DNA of 63,350 bases, counting the filler, from Octopus bimaculoides (taxonomy: Eukaryota), in NCBI RefSeq assembly GCF_001194135.2. It is 6 parts of 6 records of this genome, joined end to end, with 100 filler letters (N's around TTAATTAATTAA, not from the genome) between each part and the next. Parts side by side here need not be neighbours in the genome. Positions count along the whole stretch, not along the records: positions 1 to 22,981 come from NC_069001.1; 5 more parts are not named here. One strand, given 5' to 3'. A program made the translations under genes and the position numbers. The notes beneath the pieces were generated by a model. That model was not told the DNA's origin. It saw only the letters and a list, made by a program, of their open reading frames with translations, and did not search any database. Shown here in pieces: positions 1-11,650 of the stretch. How positions within the stretch are numbered: the stretch's first letter is position 1; each line of letters starts with the position of its first letter.

Positions 1-300
1 TCATAACCTGATCTAACAGCTTGATGCCTCTGTAATTATTTGTATCTAAAGCGTCCCCTTTACCTTTGTAGCAGTTGACTATGATGCTGCTACACCAGTC
101 ATAGGGTATGACTCCTTCGTGTATCACCTGGTTCGTAATACGGGTGACTAGGCTATAGCCAACACTGCCAGATATTTTGAGCATCTCTGCAGTGATTCCT
201 GATGGGCCGGGGGCTTTCCCGGTCTTCATACTCTTAATTGCTTTATCTACCCTGGTACTATCAACTCGGATAGCTGGTCCCTCTATTGGGTCGACATAAG
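1..300 (-). mobile_element. RTE-clade LINE, ORF2 fragment (pre-RT/RT start), runs off window edge
   Basis: Minus strand reads YVDPIEGPAIRVDSTRVDKAIKSMKTGKAPGPSGITAEMLKISGSVGYSLVTRITNQVIHEGVIPYDWCSSIIVNCYKGKGDALDTNNYRGIKLLDQVM (KAPG, KGKGD and NYRGIKL LINE motifs). Roughly 90% identical by eye to 52811-52975. Confidence 0.9.
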
Positions 301-469
301 GCAAGAGAAGGAGAGAGAGAGACATTTTAACGTGTGTGCACTTAAATTGCAGCTAGTTATGTGTTTATTTACTGTCAGGTAATGTAGCCCCCATTACCAA
401 ATGTTTATGCAAAACAAAGTCATACTTGACAAAGGTTTCTTACCCCAGAAACCTTTATTTGAACAAAAC

Positions 470-600
470 AAAACCTTTTCTTCAAAGTGCTAACCCTGTT
501 AAATAACACCTGATCTCTAAGAAACCTCCTTTCATCAAAGTGTTAACCATATCAAATAGCCCTGATTTCAAACGAATCCCTTTTTATCAAAGTGCTGACC
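470..600. repeat. Degenerate ~52-bp tandem repeat (~2.5 units)
   Basis: CCTTT..TCAAAGTG(C/T)T(A/G)ACC recurs at ~475, ~528 and ~581 with similar intervening sequence. Confidence 0.55.
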
Positions 601-687
601 GTGATAACTAGCATTAATCTCCTGGCCATCATTGAGCCATATGATACAATCAGCCACTAAATCATAGGAAACATACAACACTATCAA

Positions 688-900
688 ACTAATTTCAAAT
701 TTTGGCACAAGGCCAGCAACTTCAGAGGAGGGGATTAGTTGATTACATCAACCCCAGTTTTCACCTGGTTCTTATTTCAACCCCCAAAAGATGACAGGCA
801 AAGTCAACCCCAGCAGCATTTGAACACAGAACATAGAGTCAGAAGAAATGCCACTGAGGATCTTTCCCAGTGGGGTAAAGATTCTGGCAGCTTGCCTCTA
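688..900 (-). mobile_element. SINE family B (Meta-domain-like core)
   Basis: Diverged reverse-complement copy of the family with core GTCGACTTTGCCTTTCATCCTTTCGGGGTCGATAAA..AAGTACCAG and tail GGCCTTGTGCCAAAATTTGAAA; more than 10 copies in the window. Confidence 0.8.
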
Positions 901-1350
901 TCAAATTAATGTTGTATCTTACTCTCGTTCCCTTACACTGCATTCATGATAAGGTCCTTAGTTATCTAATTGCTAGTATACCCTTGTTCATTTTTGGAGA
1001 CCCACAAAGGATGTTCCATAGTTCAAGTGATTCTTGGTCAGATTCACTATCCTGTGACACTTCATTATCTTCATTAATTTATTCGTCTAATAAACATGTT
1101 TCATATCCATGCTTTCAATGGGGAGCTACAGGATGAGAATTTCTTGCACTTCTTCAAGGTAAAAGATTGAGGTCAAATATGGGTTACATGAATGTTTTCA
1201 TTTCAATCCATCAAGAGATGTGACCCAAATCAATCCACCCTTTTGTTTTGCTAACAATGAACAGAATCAGACTTAATCCTTTGCCTTTCTAGCATACCAC
1301 ATGTGATGAAGACAACATATTTCCCTGGCATCCATGCATCATACAACTCT

Positions 1351-1673
1351 CTTTACTCTCTCATTTGTTTCAGTCATTTGACTGTGGCCATGCTGGAGCA
1401 CCGCCTTTTAGTCGAGCAAATCAACCCCAAGACTTATTCTTTGGAAGCCTAGTACTTATTCTATCAGTCTCTTTTGCCGAACTGCTAAGTTACAGGGACA
1501 TAAACACACCAGCATCGGTTGTCAAACGATGCTGGGGGGACAAACACAGACACACAAACATATACACACACATACATATATATACATATATACGACAGGC
1601 TTCTTTCAGTTTCTGTCTACCAAATCCACTCACAAGGCTTTGGTCAGCTCGAAGCTATAGTAGAAGACACTTG
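1351..1673 (-). mobile_element. SINE family A, 5'-truncated
   Basis: Shares the tail CAGCATGGCC(A/G)CAGTCAAATGACTGAAACAA and body GAGTGGATTTGGTAGAC.GAAACTGAAAGAAGCC with the copies at 2960, 6541, 46440 and 49893. Confidence 0.85.
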
Positions 1674-2269
1674 GGTCTTATGAAAGGAAAGCTTTCTGTT
1701 ACTCAGAATGTATGAAACAAGGGCTTACATTTCAACTTGTTTAAAGATGCGATCCAAATCAATCCACTCTTTGTCTTTAAAGAACAAACCTTTACCTGTC
1801 TTGTGTATCATTTGATACAGACAACATATTTCCCTGGTATCCTTACATCATATATGATACATATTACCAATTCCTTTCGCTCGTAAGTCCCAGATCAACT
1901 TAGGACTTGTGAAAGGAAACCTTTATATTGCTCAGAGCCTATTGAAAAAGGACTAGGTAACTGTCTGCAAAACCAGCCTGGACATTTTGGACAAGCTTAT
2001 GGAAAAGCTTCACAAGGGCAAAGTGTTAAGTTTGGTTGGTATATTCCTACTAGTTGATTTTTCAAGACCATAAGGATATCAATTTCTTTGTGGCCATAAT
2101 TCTTGACATTCCAAACATCACATTATTTTTTCATGTTAGTTTTTCCTATTATTTATCACTACTACCTACCCTACATTTCTGTCTGTTACACAGAATTTGA
2201 TATTGTGCAAGTTGATCAAATAAGAAGCAATTTATGGGTGGAATAGATGGCACGATCTTTGTCGATGAA

Positions 2270-2700
2270 TGAAGGAGTGTCCCTGTGGAGCAATAAAAAT
2301 TTCTCAACATCTCTTCTCAACTGTTTGCCTTCTTCAATGGATCATTTGATTACTTGAACAAAGGCTCCATTGATTCTTTCCACTAAAAGCATTTCATTGA
2401 GGACAGTAGGGCTGAATTCTTGGATGTTGTGCTCCCCATTGTTCGAAACACTCTTTGAACTCACAGCTTATCAGCTGTGGATTGTTGTCAGAAACAATTC
2501 TTTTAGGAATTCCCAAAGAGGTAAAAAGAAATTCTATGCAGCTAATCAGATTCTGAGTTCTGGCTGACTTCATAACAAATATCTCAGATCAATATGATGC
2601 CACATCTACAACTAATAACAATTCCCTACAAGATAGAAGCCCCTTAAAATTTTGATATAGTTCCTCCCATATGTTTGGCATTGTAGACATTACTAAACCT
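2270..2700 (-). mobile_element. Degenerate Gypsy-type LTR retrotransposon integrase core
   Basis: Manual translation: MPNIWEELYQNFKGLLSCRELLLVVDVASY*SEIFVMKSARTQNLISCIEFLFTSLGIPKRIVSDNNPQLISCEFKECFEQWGAQHPRIQPYCPQ*N, frameshift, VERINGAFVQVIK*SIEEGKQLRRDVEKFLLLHRDTPS. This fits the rve pattern GIP..IVSDNG / PY.PQSNG.VER / YR.TP. Confidence 0.8.
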
Positions 2701-2959
2701 TTAGCTTTTAAACTGGCCATGTCCAGCCCAAATATTCTTCCTGTTTTTTGTTCAAACTGGCCAGATCTGGTTTCTGGCCTCTCACACTTACCCTACAATA
2801 TCATTCTAAAAACACAGTCTCAAAGCAACAAGATAATGCATGGTCAACTCAAAACTATGCGAATAAATAAGCGGTACATTTGACAGAATGATCTGAATAA
2901 AGGTTGAAGGCTCCAGTAGTTCAAATATTTCATGTGACACACACATACACACACACATC

Positions 2960-3380
2960 TTTATCTTTTCTTGTATCTTCTACTTGTTTCAGTCATTTGA
3001 CGGTGGTCATGCTGGGGCACTGCTTCGAAGGGCTTCAGTCAAACAATTCAAGCTAAGGACTTGTTATTTTTTGAAGCCTAATACTTATTCTATAGGTCTC
3101 TTTTGCCAAACTGCTAAGTTAGAAGGACATAAACATACAACCATCAGCTTTTAAGCAGTGGCAGGGGACAAACACAGACAAAGACACACACATAAATATA
3201 TGCATATATACATATATAAGAAAAGCTTTTTTCATTTTCTGTCTACCAAATCCACTCACAAGGCTTTTGTTGGCCCAAGGCTGTAGCAGAAGACACTTGC
3301 CTAAGATGCCAAGCAGTAGGACTGAACTCAGAACCATGTGATTGAGAAGCAAGCTTCTTACCACACAGCCACACCTGCAC
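2960..3380 (-). mobile_element. SINE family A, near full length
   Basis: tRNA-like head (GGCTGTGTGGTAAGAAG..GGTTCTGAGTTCAGTCC), family body and tail. Confidence 0.85.
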
Positions 3381-3994
3381 TTATAAAACAATTCTTAATT
3401 CTCAACTATATTTTTGCTGCTGTCAGGTCACCATACTTTAGTTTCTAGAAGCTGCACTGTTTTCCCATTCCACCATCATGATACTGATGGGCAATATCTT
3501 ATACGTCTGTCCTCATTTATCACAAGTGTTTGACTCAAAAAAGGAAAAGAAACAGTGTTAAATGATAAATGAATAACAGAACATATGGGAATAAACTGGT
3601 TTCGTTGCAAGACCCCAAGTTGTCTTGAGCATTGTGGATGGTCACTGGAGCATGCTTTTGTAGTCCAAGCAGCATCTTTCTTCACCTGATCACTGACCCA
3701 TGTTATCAAAGATCAATTTATGACAAGCGTAACACAGTTTACAAATGAGCATTCTGTGTTAGCTGGATCAGTGATAAATGGATCGGCAATAAACGAATAA
3801 ACGAGGACAGATGTACTTGTTCTTAATGTTTTGTTCTTAATATTTTGATGCAAAAGAAATGACAATTAAATCTTCTCACAGAACAATACCTGATTTCTCC
3901 CTAAGCCCTTGTTTCATAGGAAAAAAAACAAGCTCTTACAGATAATTTTTTCTGTTTATCAGATGGCAGTACTTCATCCTGCTTGTATAACATC

Positions 3995-4150
3995 ATCATC
4001 ATTATAATCATTGTTTAATGTCCGCTTTCTATGCTAGCATGGGTTGGACGATTTGACTGAGGACTGGCGAACCAGATGGCTGCACCAAGCTCCAATCTGA
4101 TCTGGCAGAGTTTCTACAGCTGGATGCCCTTCCTAATGCCAACCACTCCA
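3995..4150 (-). mobile_element. RTE LINE 3' end with (ATG)n tail
   Basis: CATCATCAT..GTTTAATGTCCGCTTTC.ATGCTAGCATGGGTTGGACG..GGATGCCCTTCCTAATGCCAACCAC, as at 15800 and 21178. Confidence 0.75.
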
Positions 4151-4184
4151 CTTATTTTACATCTATCACATGATGCCACAAGAA

Positions 4185-4217
<33 letters not shown>

Positions 4218-4219
<2 letters not shown>

Positions 4220-4488
4220 ATGGACTCTCCTGTCGAAGAGAGGAGAGCATAAAGCTTCTGCCAAATGACCTACACAAATGATTTGTTTATAGTGATCAAA
4301 TGTTCGTGCTGCACATTAGTTCACTCTCTCCATCAAATCGACATTACCCGAAACAGGTGCAAAGTGTAAAACACAGCAACGTGAGATGAAGTGGTTTGCT
4401 CAAAAACACAGTGCACCACTCAGTCTAGAAATTGAAATCATGTTCGCTAGATAAGGAGTGCAACACCCTAACAACTAAGTCATGCGCC
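4218..4488 (-). mobile_element. SINE family C
   Basis: tRNA-like head on the minus strand (GGCGCATGACTTAGTTGTTAGGGTGTTGCAC..GATTTCAATTTCTAGAC); related copies at 9330-9535 and 16960-17145. Confidence 0.65.
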
Positions 4489-5273
4489 AGTGGGCTTCTT
4501 TCAGTTTCCATCTACCGAATCCATTCACAAGGATTTGGTCACAGCGCATGGCTACAGCAGATGACACTTGCCCAAGGTCCCAAGTAGTTGATCTGAATCT
4601 GAAACTACAAGCACACCAAAAATATATACATCTTGTGACTGAATGTGATGTCATCATCATGCAAAATATCATTAAACACAGAAATAATGTCTTGTGAAGT
4701 CTCTTTTTTTTTCTGACCAACCACAGACCAGAATATCGTCATCAATATTACTTATGTCAGGTTTAGATTTAGAAATAGTTCACTGATGAAAAATGGACGG
4801 ATAATTAGTTTTACATAGATGCAAATGGAAATACAAGCAAGTGGAAATCATTATGTTTTATTTGTGAAAATTATGGTGGCGTTGCTAAATGATAGAACTA
4901 CCTATATCACTGACAATGCTGACCAAGTATCAAGGGTCACCGATGACAAGGAACAATAAAAAGAAGATTCAGCATTCAGTTTTTAAACAGCTACACAACA
5001 GTGACGTCATTATTTTATGTAAATTTTGGTGAATTTGCATATAATGTGATCAAAGTTAAGGACAGCAAGCAACTACAGTAAATACTTTTTGATTAGTACA
5101 GTAATGAACAACATAAGAAAAATAATACTACTAGCCACTTAAAAGGGTGATAGTCATGCTTGGAACTTAGATTGAAGAAGGAAAGCAGCAGGAAATCATT
5201 TAATTGTTGCAATGATCAATTTGTATTGGGTACATATCAGAAATGCTAACTATGAGGTTTGTAAATAAATAAA

Positions 5274-5478
5274 TACCAGTTTCAAATTTTGGCACAAGGC
5301 CTGCACCTTTGGGGGATGGAGTAAGTTCATTACATCATCCTCAGTAATTGACTAGTACTTGTTTTATCAATCCCTCAAAAAGTCGACCTGAGTGGAATTT
5401 GAACTCAGAACACAAAGAGGACGAAATGCCACCAAGCATTCTGCCCAGCATACTAACAATTCTATCAGCTTGCCGCCT
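5274..5478 (-). mobile_element. SINE family B
   Basis: Family B core and tail in reverse complement. Confidence 0.8.
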
Positions 5479-5496
5479 TAATGCAAGCTATTAGGT

Positions 5497-5825
5497 TAGA
5501 AGGCACATGGCGTCAGGTTCAAAATCATGAGGTAGTGAGTTCAATTCCCGGACCGAGCTGCGTGTTGTGTTCTTGAGTAAGACTCTTTCATGTTGCTACA
5601 GTTCACTCAGCTGTAGAAATGAGTTGTGACGACATTGGTGCCAAGCTATATCGGCCCCTTTGCCTTTCCATTGGACAATATCAGTGGCATGGAAAAGGGA
5701 GGCTGGTATGCATGGGCGACTGCTGGTCTTCCATAATCAACCTTGCCTGGACTTGTGCCTCCGGAGGGGAACTTTCTAGGTGCAATCCCATGGTCATTCA
5801 TGACCAAAGGGTGTCTTTACCCTTT
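5497..5825 (+). mobile_element. SINE family D
   Basis: Box-B-like GAGTTCAATTCC and body GGACCGAGCTGCGTGTTGTGTTCTTGAG..CTCAGCTGTAGAAATGAGTTG; second copy at 18213-18515. Confidence 0.75.
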
Positions 5826-5842
5826 AGATTAGTAAATCAATA

Positions 5843-6065
5843 AATTCTGGTTTCGAATCTTACCACAAGGCCAGTAAGATCAGGGGGTGGGGACAAAGAG
5901 ATTACAGCGACCCCAGTGCTCAACTGACACTTATTCTATCAACCCTGAAAGGATGAAAGATAAAGTCAACTACGGAGGAATTTGAACTCACAATATAAGG
6001 ACAGATGGAATGCTACAAAAGCACTTTGCCCAGCATGCTAACAATTCTGCCAGCTCACCATCTTA
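5843..6065 (-). mobile_element. SINE family B
   Basis: Family B core and tail in reverse complement. Confidence 0.8.
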
Positions 6066-6089
6066 ATGCAAGCTATCAGGTTCATGATC

Positions 6090-6495
6090 ATTATCATCAT
6101 CATTATTATTTAGCATCTGCTTTCCATGCTGGCATGGGTTAGACAGTTTGACTGAGGACTGATAAGCTGGAGGGCTGCACCAGGATCCAGTCTGATTTGG
6201 CATGGTTTCTACAGTTCAATGCCCTTTCTAATGCTAACCACTCCAAGAGTGTAATGGATGCTTTTTACATGCCACTGGCATGGGTGCTAATTATGTGATG
6301 CCAGCATCACAGGCCATGACTACGATTTTGCTTGGCTTAACAGGTCTTCTCAAGCATAGCATATTGCCAAAGGTCTCAGTCACTTATCATTGCCCATGTT
6401 CGAAGGGTCCTTTTTACGTGCCAGTTATGTGATAAGGGCATCAGCCATGATGACAATTTCACTTAATTTCATGGGTCTTCTCAAGCACAGCATAT
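6090..6495 (-). mobile_element. RTE LINE 3' UTR/tail fragment
   Basis: Matches the RTE 3' UTR seen at 21178-21640 and 51581-51820. Confidence 0.7.
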
Positions 6496-6540
6496 CGCCA
6501 AAAACAAATATTAAAAATACATTGTATTCATATCAATTTT

Positions 6541-6992
6541 GGTGCAAATGTGGCTGTGTAGTTAAGACATTTGCTTTCTAAGTACATGGTTCTGGGTTCA
6601 GTCCCACTGTGAGGTACCTTGGACGAATATCTTCAACTAAGCCTCGTAAGTAGATTTAGTAGATGGAAACTAAAAGAAGCCTATTATCTACTTATATGTA
6701 TGGATGGATGGATGGACGTACATAGGTGAAAACTCAGTGGCAGTCTGCCATTTATAAGTGTTTGTGTGTGCTTTTGTCTCCCCACCACCACCACCACCAT
6801 CGCTTGACAATCAGTATTGGTTTGTTTACATCCCCATAACTGAACAGTCTGGGAAAAAGAGACGAATAGAAATACCAGACTTTAAAACAAAAAAAAAAAA
6901 CTACTGGGGTCTATTCATTCAACAAAAAACCCTTCAAGGTTTTGCCCCAGCATGGCCACAGTCCAATGACTGAAACAAGTAAAAGATAAAAA
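6541..6992 (+). mobile_element. SINE family A, full length
   Basis: tRNA-like head GGCTGTGTAGTTAAG..GGTTCAGTCCC, body, and tail ending about 15 bp from the TAK1 exon donor. Confidence 0.85.
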
Positions 6993-7008
6993 AAGGAGTT
7001 TTCTTTAC

Positions 7009-7133
7009 CTTCAAAAACTTCAGGTGCCATCCATGCAGCACTACCTTTATTGTTAGTCATATGCGTCTGAATGTCACAAGCAGTACCAAAGTCACAAATC
7101 TTCAATACTTTTCCACCCATTATCAACAGCAAA
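7009..7133 (-). CDS. MAP3K7: MAP3K7/TAK1 kinase-domain exon (equivalent to human exon 6)
   Basis: 125 nt, tttgcAG acceptor and GTAAAG donor. Encodes (N)[41 protein letters not shown](G): DFG, APE and the TAK1-specific activation loop. Confidence 0.97.
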
Positions 7134-7417
7134 CTGCAAAAGAAATTTGGAAAATGTCTTCTCGTCAGAGGGCAATTATGTAAGAGCTACATTGTACTTG
7201 CATAAAGTAAAATATAGAATTAAGGATTGAAAAAAGGGTACAAGAATTCAGTAATTATTCCTTTGCAGATATGGCTGTGTGGTTAAGAAGCTCATTTTGC
7301 AGCCATGTAGTTTCTGGTTCAATGCCACTCTGCAGCACCTCAGGCGAGTGAGTTTTATTATAGTCTTGGGCCAACCAATGCCTTGTGAGAGAATTTCATA
7401 AACAGAAACTGTGTGGA

Positions 7418-7458
<41 letters not shown>

Positions 7459-7496
7459 GAGAGAGAGAGAGAGAAAGAGAGTGAGTGAGTGAGTGA

Positions 7497-7534
<38 letters not shown>

Positions 7535-7618
7535 ACGCGCGCACGTGTGTGTGTATGTTTTGGTTGGTGTTAGGAAAGGTATCCAGCAATGAAAACCCTG
7601 CCAAAACAGGCAGTGAAG

Positions 7619-7686
7619 CCTGGTGCAGGCTCCTGCCTGGTGCAGGCTCCTGCCTGGTGCAGGCTCCTGCCTGGTGCAGGCTCCTG
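7619..7686. repeat. Perfect 17-bp tandem repeat x4 inside an RTE 3' tail
   Basis: CCTGGTGCAGGCTCCTG four times. Confidence 0.95.
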
Positions 7687-8218
7687 TCAAACCGTCCAAC
7701 CCATGCCAGCATAAAATGATGTTGATAATGATGAAGATGTCATCTTTCTTCTCACCACTTGACAACCAGAGTTGCTTAGTTTACATTCACATGACTTAGT
7801 GGTTAAGCAAAAGCGAACTGATAAAATACATCTTTAAAAAAAAAGCATATGTACTCTGGTCATTTTGTTTGACTAAATACTTTCAAGGCAATGCTCCAAC
7901 ATGGCCACAGTTCAATGGTCAAAACAAGTAAAAGGTAAAAGAATTATCTTGTTGCTCTCTACCTCCCTCTTTTTAAGTATTGCTACCTATCACCTCCTCC
8001 TCCTCTTCCTTGACCCACTCCTATTTTCCTTCACCTCACTCCCAAACTCATATTCACCACTGACCATACATTCATCCATGTTCACCGTTCACTGCAGCCA
8101 CCTTCTATCCCCATCTCCAATTGTTGGTCACCTTTCTGTCACACTCTCAAAAACCCACCCACCCAACCATCTCCGTTCTCTCTTTCTATAACTTTTTGTG
8201 CCATAAGGGTACACCCAT

Positions 8219-8670
8219 GGCACACCATCACCAGTGCTTTTTATGTGCCACCATCACCAGTGCTCTTTACATGGCACCATCACCACTGCTTTTTATGTGG
8301 CACCATCACCACTGCTTTTTACATGGCACCATCACCGTTGCTTTTTATGTGGCACCATCACCAGTGCTTTTTACGTGGCACCGTCACAAGCAGTTTTTAA
8401 TGTGGCACCAGTGCTTTTTACATGCACCAGCACAAGTGCTTTTTATGTGGCACCAGCACCACTGCTTTTTTACAGGGCACCTTGGTTTCAGGATTTCAAT
8501 TCCGTTGTGGTATGTGGGTCTTCTCAAGTACAGCAATGCACCACATATCCCCTGTCATCTTTCATAAGGTTCAGCGTTTTGAGATTGGCCTTAAATACTT
8601 CGTCCCATGTCTTCCTGGCTCCCCCTCTTCTACAACTTCTCTCCACTTTAAGTGATCGGCATACAGTCGT
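8219..8670 (-). mobile_element. RTE LINE ORF2 C-terminus plus 3' UTR expanded into a ~26-bp minisatellite
   Basis: Minus strand LKVERSCRRGGARKTWDEVFKANLKTLNL is homologous to 51728-52045 (RGRGRPRKTWDEV); GGCACCATCACCAGTGCTTTTTA(C/T)(A/G)T about 10 times at 8219-8481. Confidence 0.8.
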
Positions 8671-8712
8671 TAAATGATGATGATAATGATGAAGAAGCAG
8701 TGAATTAGAATT

Positions 8713-8997
8713 TTGCATTTGTGAAAACTGAAATGTGCATTGAGAGAAAACCCAAATATGTGCATTGGTCAAAATTGAAAAAAAAAAAAATGCACCTCGA
8801 TGAAAATTGAAACGCACATCAATAAATTTTTGAAATGTCCATTGGTGGAAATATCATGTTTGAATGTGCAACAGTGAACATTCTAATGTGCATCATTCAA
8901 AATTCATACGTGCATCGATCAAAATTGAAACCTTCATCACTCAAAATTGAAATAATGTGCATCAATGAATATTAAAATGTGCATTTGGTGAAAAGAG
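8713..8997. repeat. Degenerate ~22-bp tandem array
   Basis: About 12 units approximating TGTGCATCGATCAAAATTGAAA. Confidence 0.7.
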
Positions 8998-9329
8998 AAG
9001 GTGAACTGCACAAGAAAGCAGAGGAATTAGTGGTGGTGGGGAGGGGTTGAATAGAAATTACAAGAATTAAATTTAAGTGGAATATTAGTGGAATCATCCT
9101 GGTGTTTCACTGCCATTTGAAAGGACACTGGTTCATATTCTATCCTTACTACTGGTCCATCTACATGACCAAAACACATGTAAATCTCTTGTAAAGTGTG
9201 TCCACATACTCATAAACATTGAGTCATCCCATAAATAATGCAGCTTTTTCAAAAGCATGCACTAAATGATTGCCAACAGTTATCTGCAAGGGTTACCAGG
9301 TATCATACGTGGAGTTGCTAAGGTTTATG

Positions 9330-9535
9330 TATGTAGAGCCAGTTTCCTGGTTCCCATGGTGCAAATATTTTCCCCTTGGACGGGATGCTAATCTGTTGCA
9401 GGATCAGTCCTTTTTACCAGCTGAATGGACTGCGGTAACATGAACACAATGCATCGCCCAGTCCAGGAATCAAAACCACGATCTTACAATCATTCATGAG
9501 TCCAACGCTCTAACCACTAAGCCATGTACCTCTAC
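9330..9535 (-). mobile_element. SINE family C
   Basis: Reverse-complement tRNA-like head (GGTACATGGCTTAGTGGTTAG..GGTTTTGATTCCTGGAC) and body shared with 16960-17145. Confidence 0.7.
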
Positions 9536-10346
9536 CATATCAATATATAACATAGTTATACATCATATAACTATATTATATAACAATATATAATACATAT
9601 GTATACCAATAAATAATATAGTTATACATTCTATAACTATATTACATAAGAATATAATATATATATATGTATACCAATGTATAATATAGTAAGACATTAT
9701 ATAATATATTGCATATACACAATATAGCTATACATTATTTAATGAAATCCCTCTGAAATCTTCATTAAATTGAACATTAGTAGAAACACACAGGTTGTCC
9801 GCTCATTAGAAATATAATCACGAAAAGGGTTAATTATAAAAATTCTATGCTTAGTCAAGAGAAATCAATATTTTCAATAACATTTGTATGCATATATGTG
9901 CATTAATGGGTGTACGGACGTATATCAACATGAATTCATGCGTGTGAGAGTGAGTGTATGTATGTGAGTGAGTGAGTGAGTGAGTGTATTTGGATGTTTA
10001 GGAGTGGGTGTCTGTGTGAGTAGTATATACATACAAGCATGCATTAAGGAGTGAGTGTGCACGTGTGTGTAAATCAATATCTATTTGCATAAACGCATAT
10101 GTGCATTCATTTACCTGCATGTGTGTGTAGCTGTGTCTGTATACATACACGTGTGGGCATATGTAGTGGCATCTGTATACATGTGTGTGTGTGTGTATAC
10201 ACATATTTGTTTCTGCATGATGCAAATATAGTCTAATTTAACTCAAGTATATAACTATCATCATCATCATCATCATCATTTAACATTAATGTTCCATGCT
10301 GGCATGGGTTGATAGATTTGTCAGACAGAAACTGTATGGAAGCTCA

Positions 10347-10388
<42 letters not shown>

Positions 10389-10399
10389 CAATCTCACAA

Positions 10400-10810
10400 G
10401 TGATGATGATGATGATGCCCAACATTTTAAATTCAGGTTTGTCCCCGTTAACAGGGGTGGCTTGATCTACCTCAGTCTTACAGCAACTGCTCTCACACCA
10501 TCCCACCATCTCACCCGGTTTTGGGCATCCTCCCTCCTCAAGCCAGCACTCCCAATCACCTCCTCCACCTGTCCCCTCCATGTTTTCTTTGGTCGACCTC
10601 ACTTTCGTGTTTCATTTACTTTAAACTCAAGCACTCTCCTCAGAACATGATCCTCATCCCTCCTCAACACATGTCCATACCACTCCATTCGCCCTTGTCA
10701 GTTATTCCACCGATTCCTCCAACCCCATCATCCCCATCCAGTCCTCAGCCCTCCTTTTATCCAACAGTTTCACACCACACATTGCTCTCACCATAGCTCT
10801 CTCTCAGTCC
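10400..10810 (-). mobile_element. RTE-like LINE 3' end (second subfamily)
   Basis: Minus strand GRMEWYGHVLRRDEDHVLRRVLEFKV..GRPKKTWRGQVEE, the typical WYGHV.R / GRPK.TW C-terminal motifs, followed by an (ATC/GAT)n tail. Confidence 0.8.
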
Positions 10811-10999
10811 TTCCCAAAATTGCCATTTTACTTTCCCTCAGACAATGTCTCACTCCCATACAATATTGAAGATCTCACCCATAAAAAAAAAACCCACCAA
10901 ACACACTCTGCAAAGTGGTTGGTGTTAAGAATGGCATTCAGTTATAGACTCTATGCCAAAGCAAACAACAAAGCTAGGCACAGCCCTCTCACCTGTCAG

Positions 11000-11650
11000 A
11001 TCCTGTCACAGTGGACACTGTCCGAGCCATGCCAGCACATATTAAGGATGTAAATGATGATGATGTAAATATACCAATATGCAATATGCCATGCTTGGGT
11101 AGAAGACCCATCAAGCCAAGTGAAATTGTAATCGTGGCAGATACTGGTGTCATGCAACTGGCACCTGTGCCAGTAACATGTAAAAGCAACCATCACACTC
11201 TCAGAGTGGTTGGTGTTAGGAAGGGCTCCAACCGTAGAAACAGTACTAAATCAGACTGGAGTCTGGTGCAACCCCTCAGCTTGCCAGCCCTGGTCAAACC
11301 ATCCGACCCATGCCAGCATGGAGACAATGGATGTTAAATGATGATGATGATACAAAGGTATTTTTGTCTTGCAAGTGACTTGGTGACCCTGCCAGTGCTG
11401 GTGTCATATAAAAAGCATCCAGTCCACATCTGTAAAGTGGTTGGCATTCAGAAGGGCAGCCAACTGTAAAATCCTTGCCAAAACTAACCTTGCCTATGCT
11501 TGTCCAACATAAAAAGCACCCAATCCACTCTGCTTGGTGGTTGGTGTTAGGAAGGCCAAAACAGAGACAGAAGTCTGGTGCAGTCTTCTGCTTGCCCAGC
11601 CCCTGTCAAACCGTCCAGCCCATGCTAGCAAGGAAGGCAGACATTAAATG
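11000..11650. mobile_element. Cluster of RTE 3' UTR/tail fragments
   Basis: Several copies of GTGGTTGG(T/C)GTTAGGAAGGGC..CCATGC(C/T)AGCATGG..GTTAAATGATGAT, mostly plus orientation. Confidence 0.7.

Noticed and set aside
2785-2860. Minus-strand GTAAGT donor as possible TAK1 exon 7
   Set aside because: All three upstream frames contain stops, there is no SEKCDV/WGI motif, and it lies beside the Gypsy remnant.
6541-6620. tRNA-like sequences at SINE heads (also 3300-3380, 46440-46510, 50210-50290, 60078-60150)
   Set aside because: They have box A/B-like motifs, but I see no full cloverleaf, and they continue into repeated SINE bodies; not tRNA genes.
8219-8481. CRISPR-like regular repeats
   Set aside because: Units are contiguous with no unique spacers, derive from a LINE UTR, and the context is eukaryotic with no cas genes.
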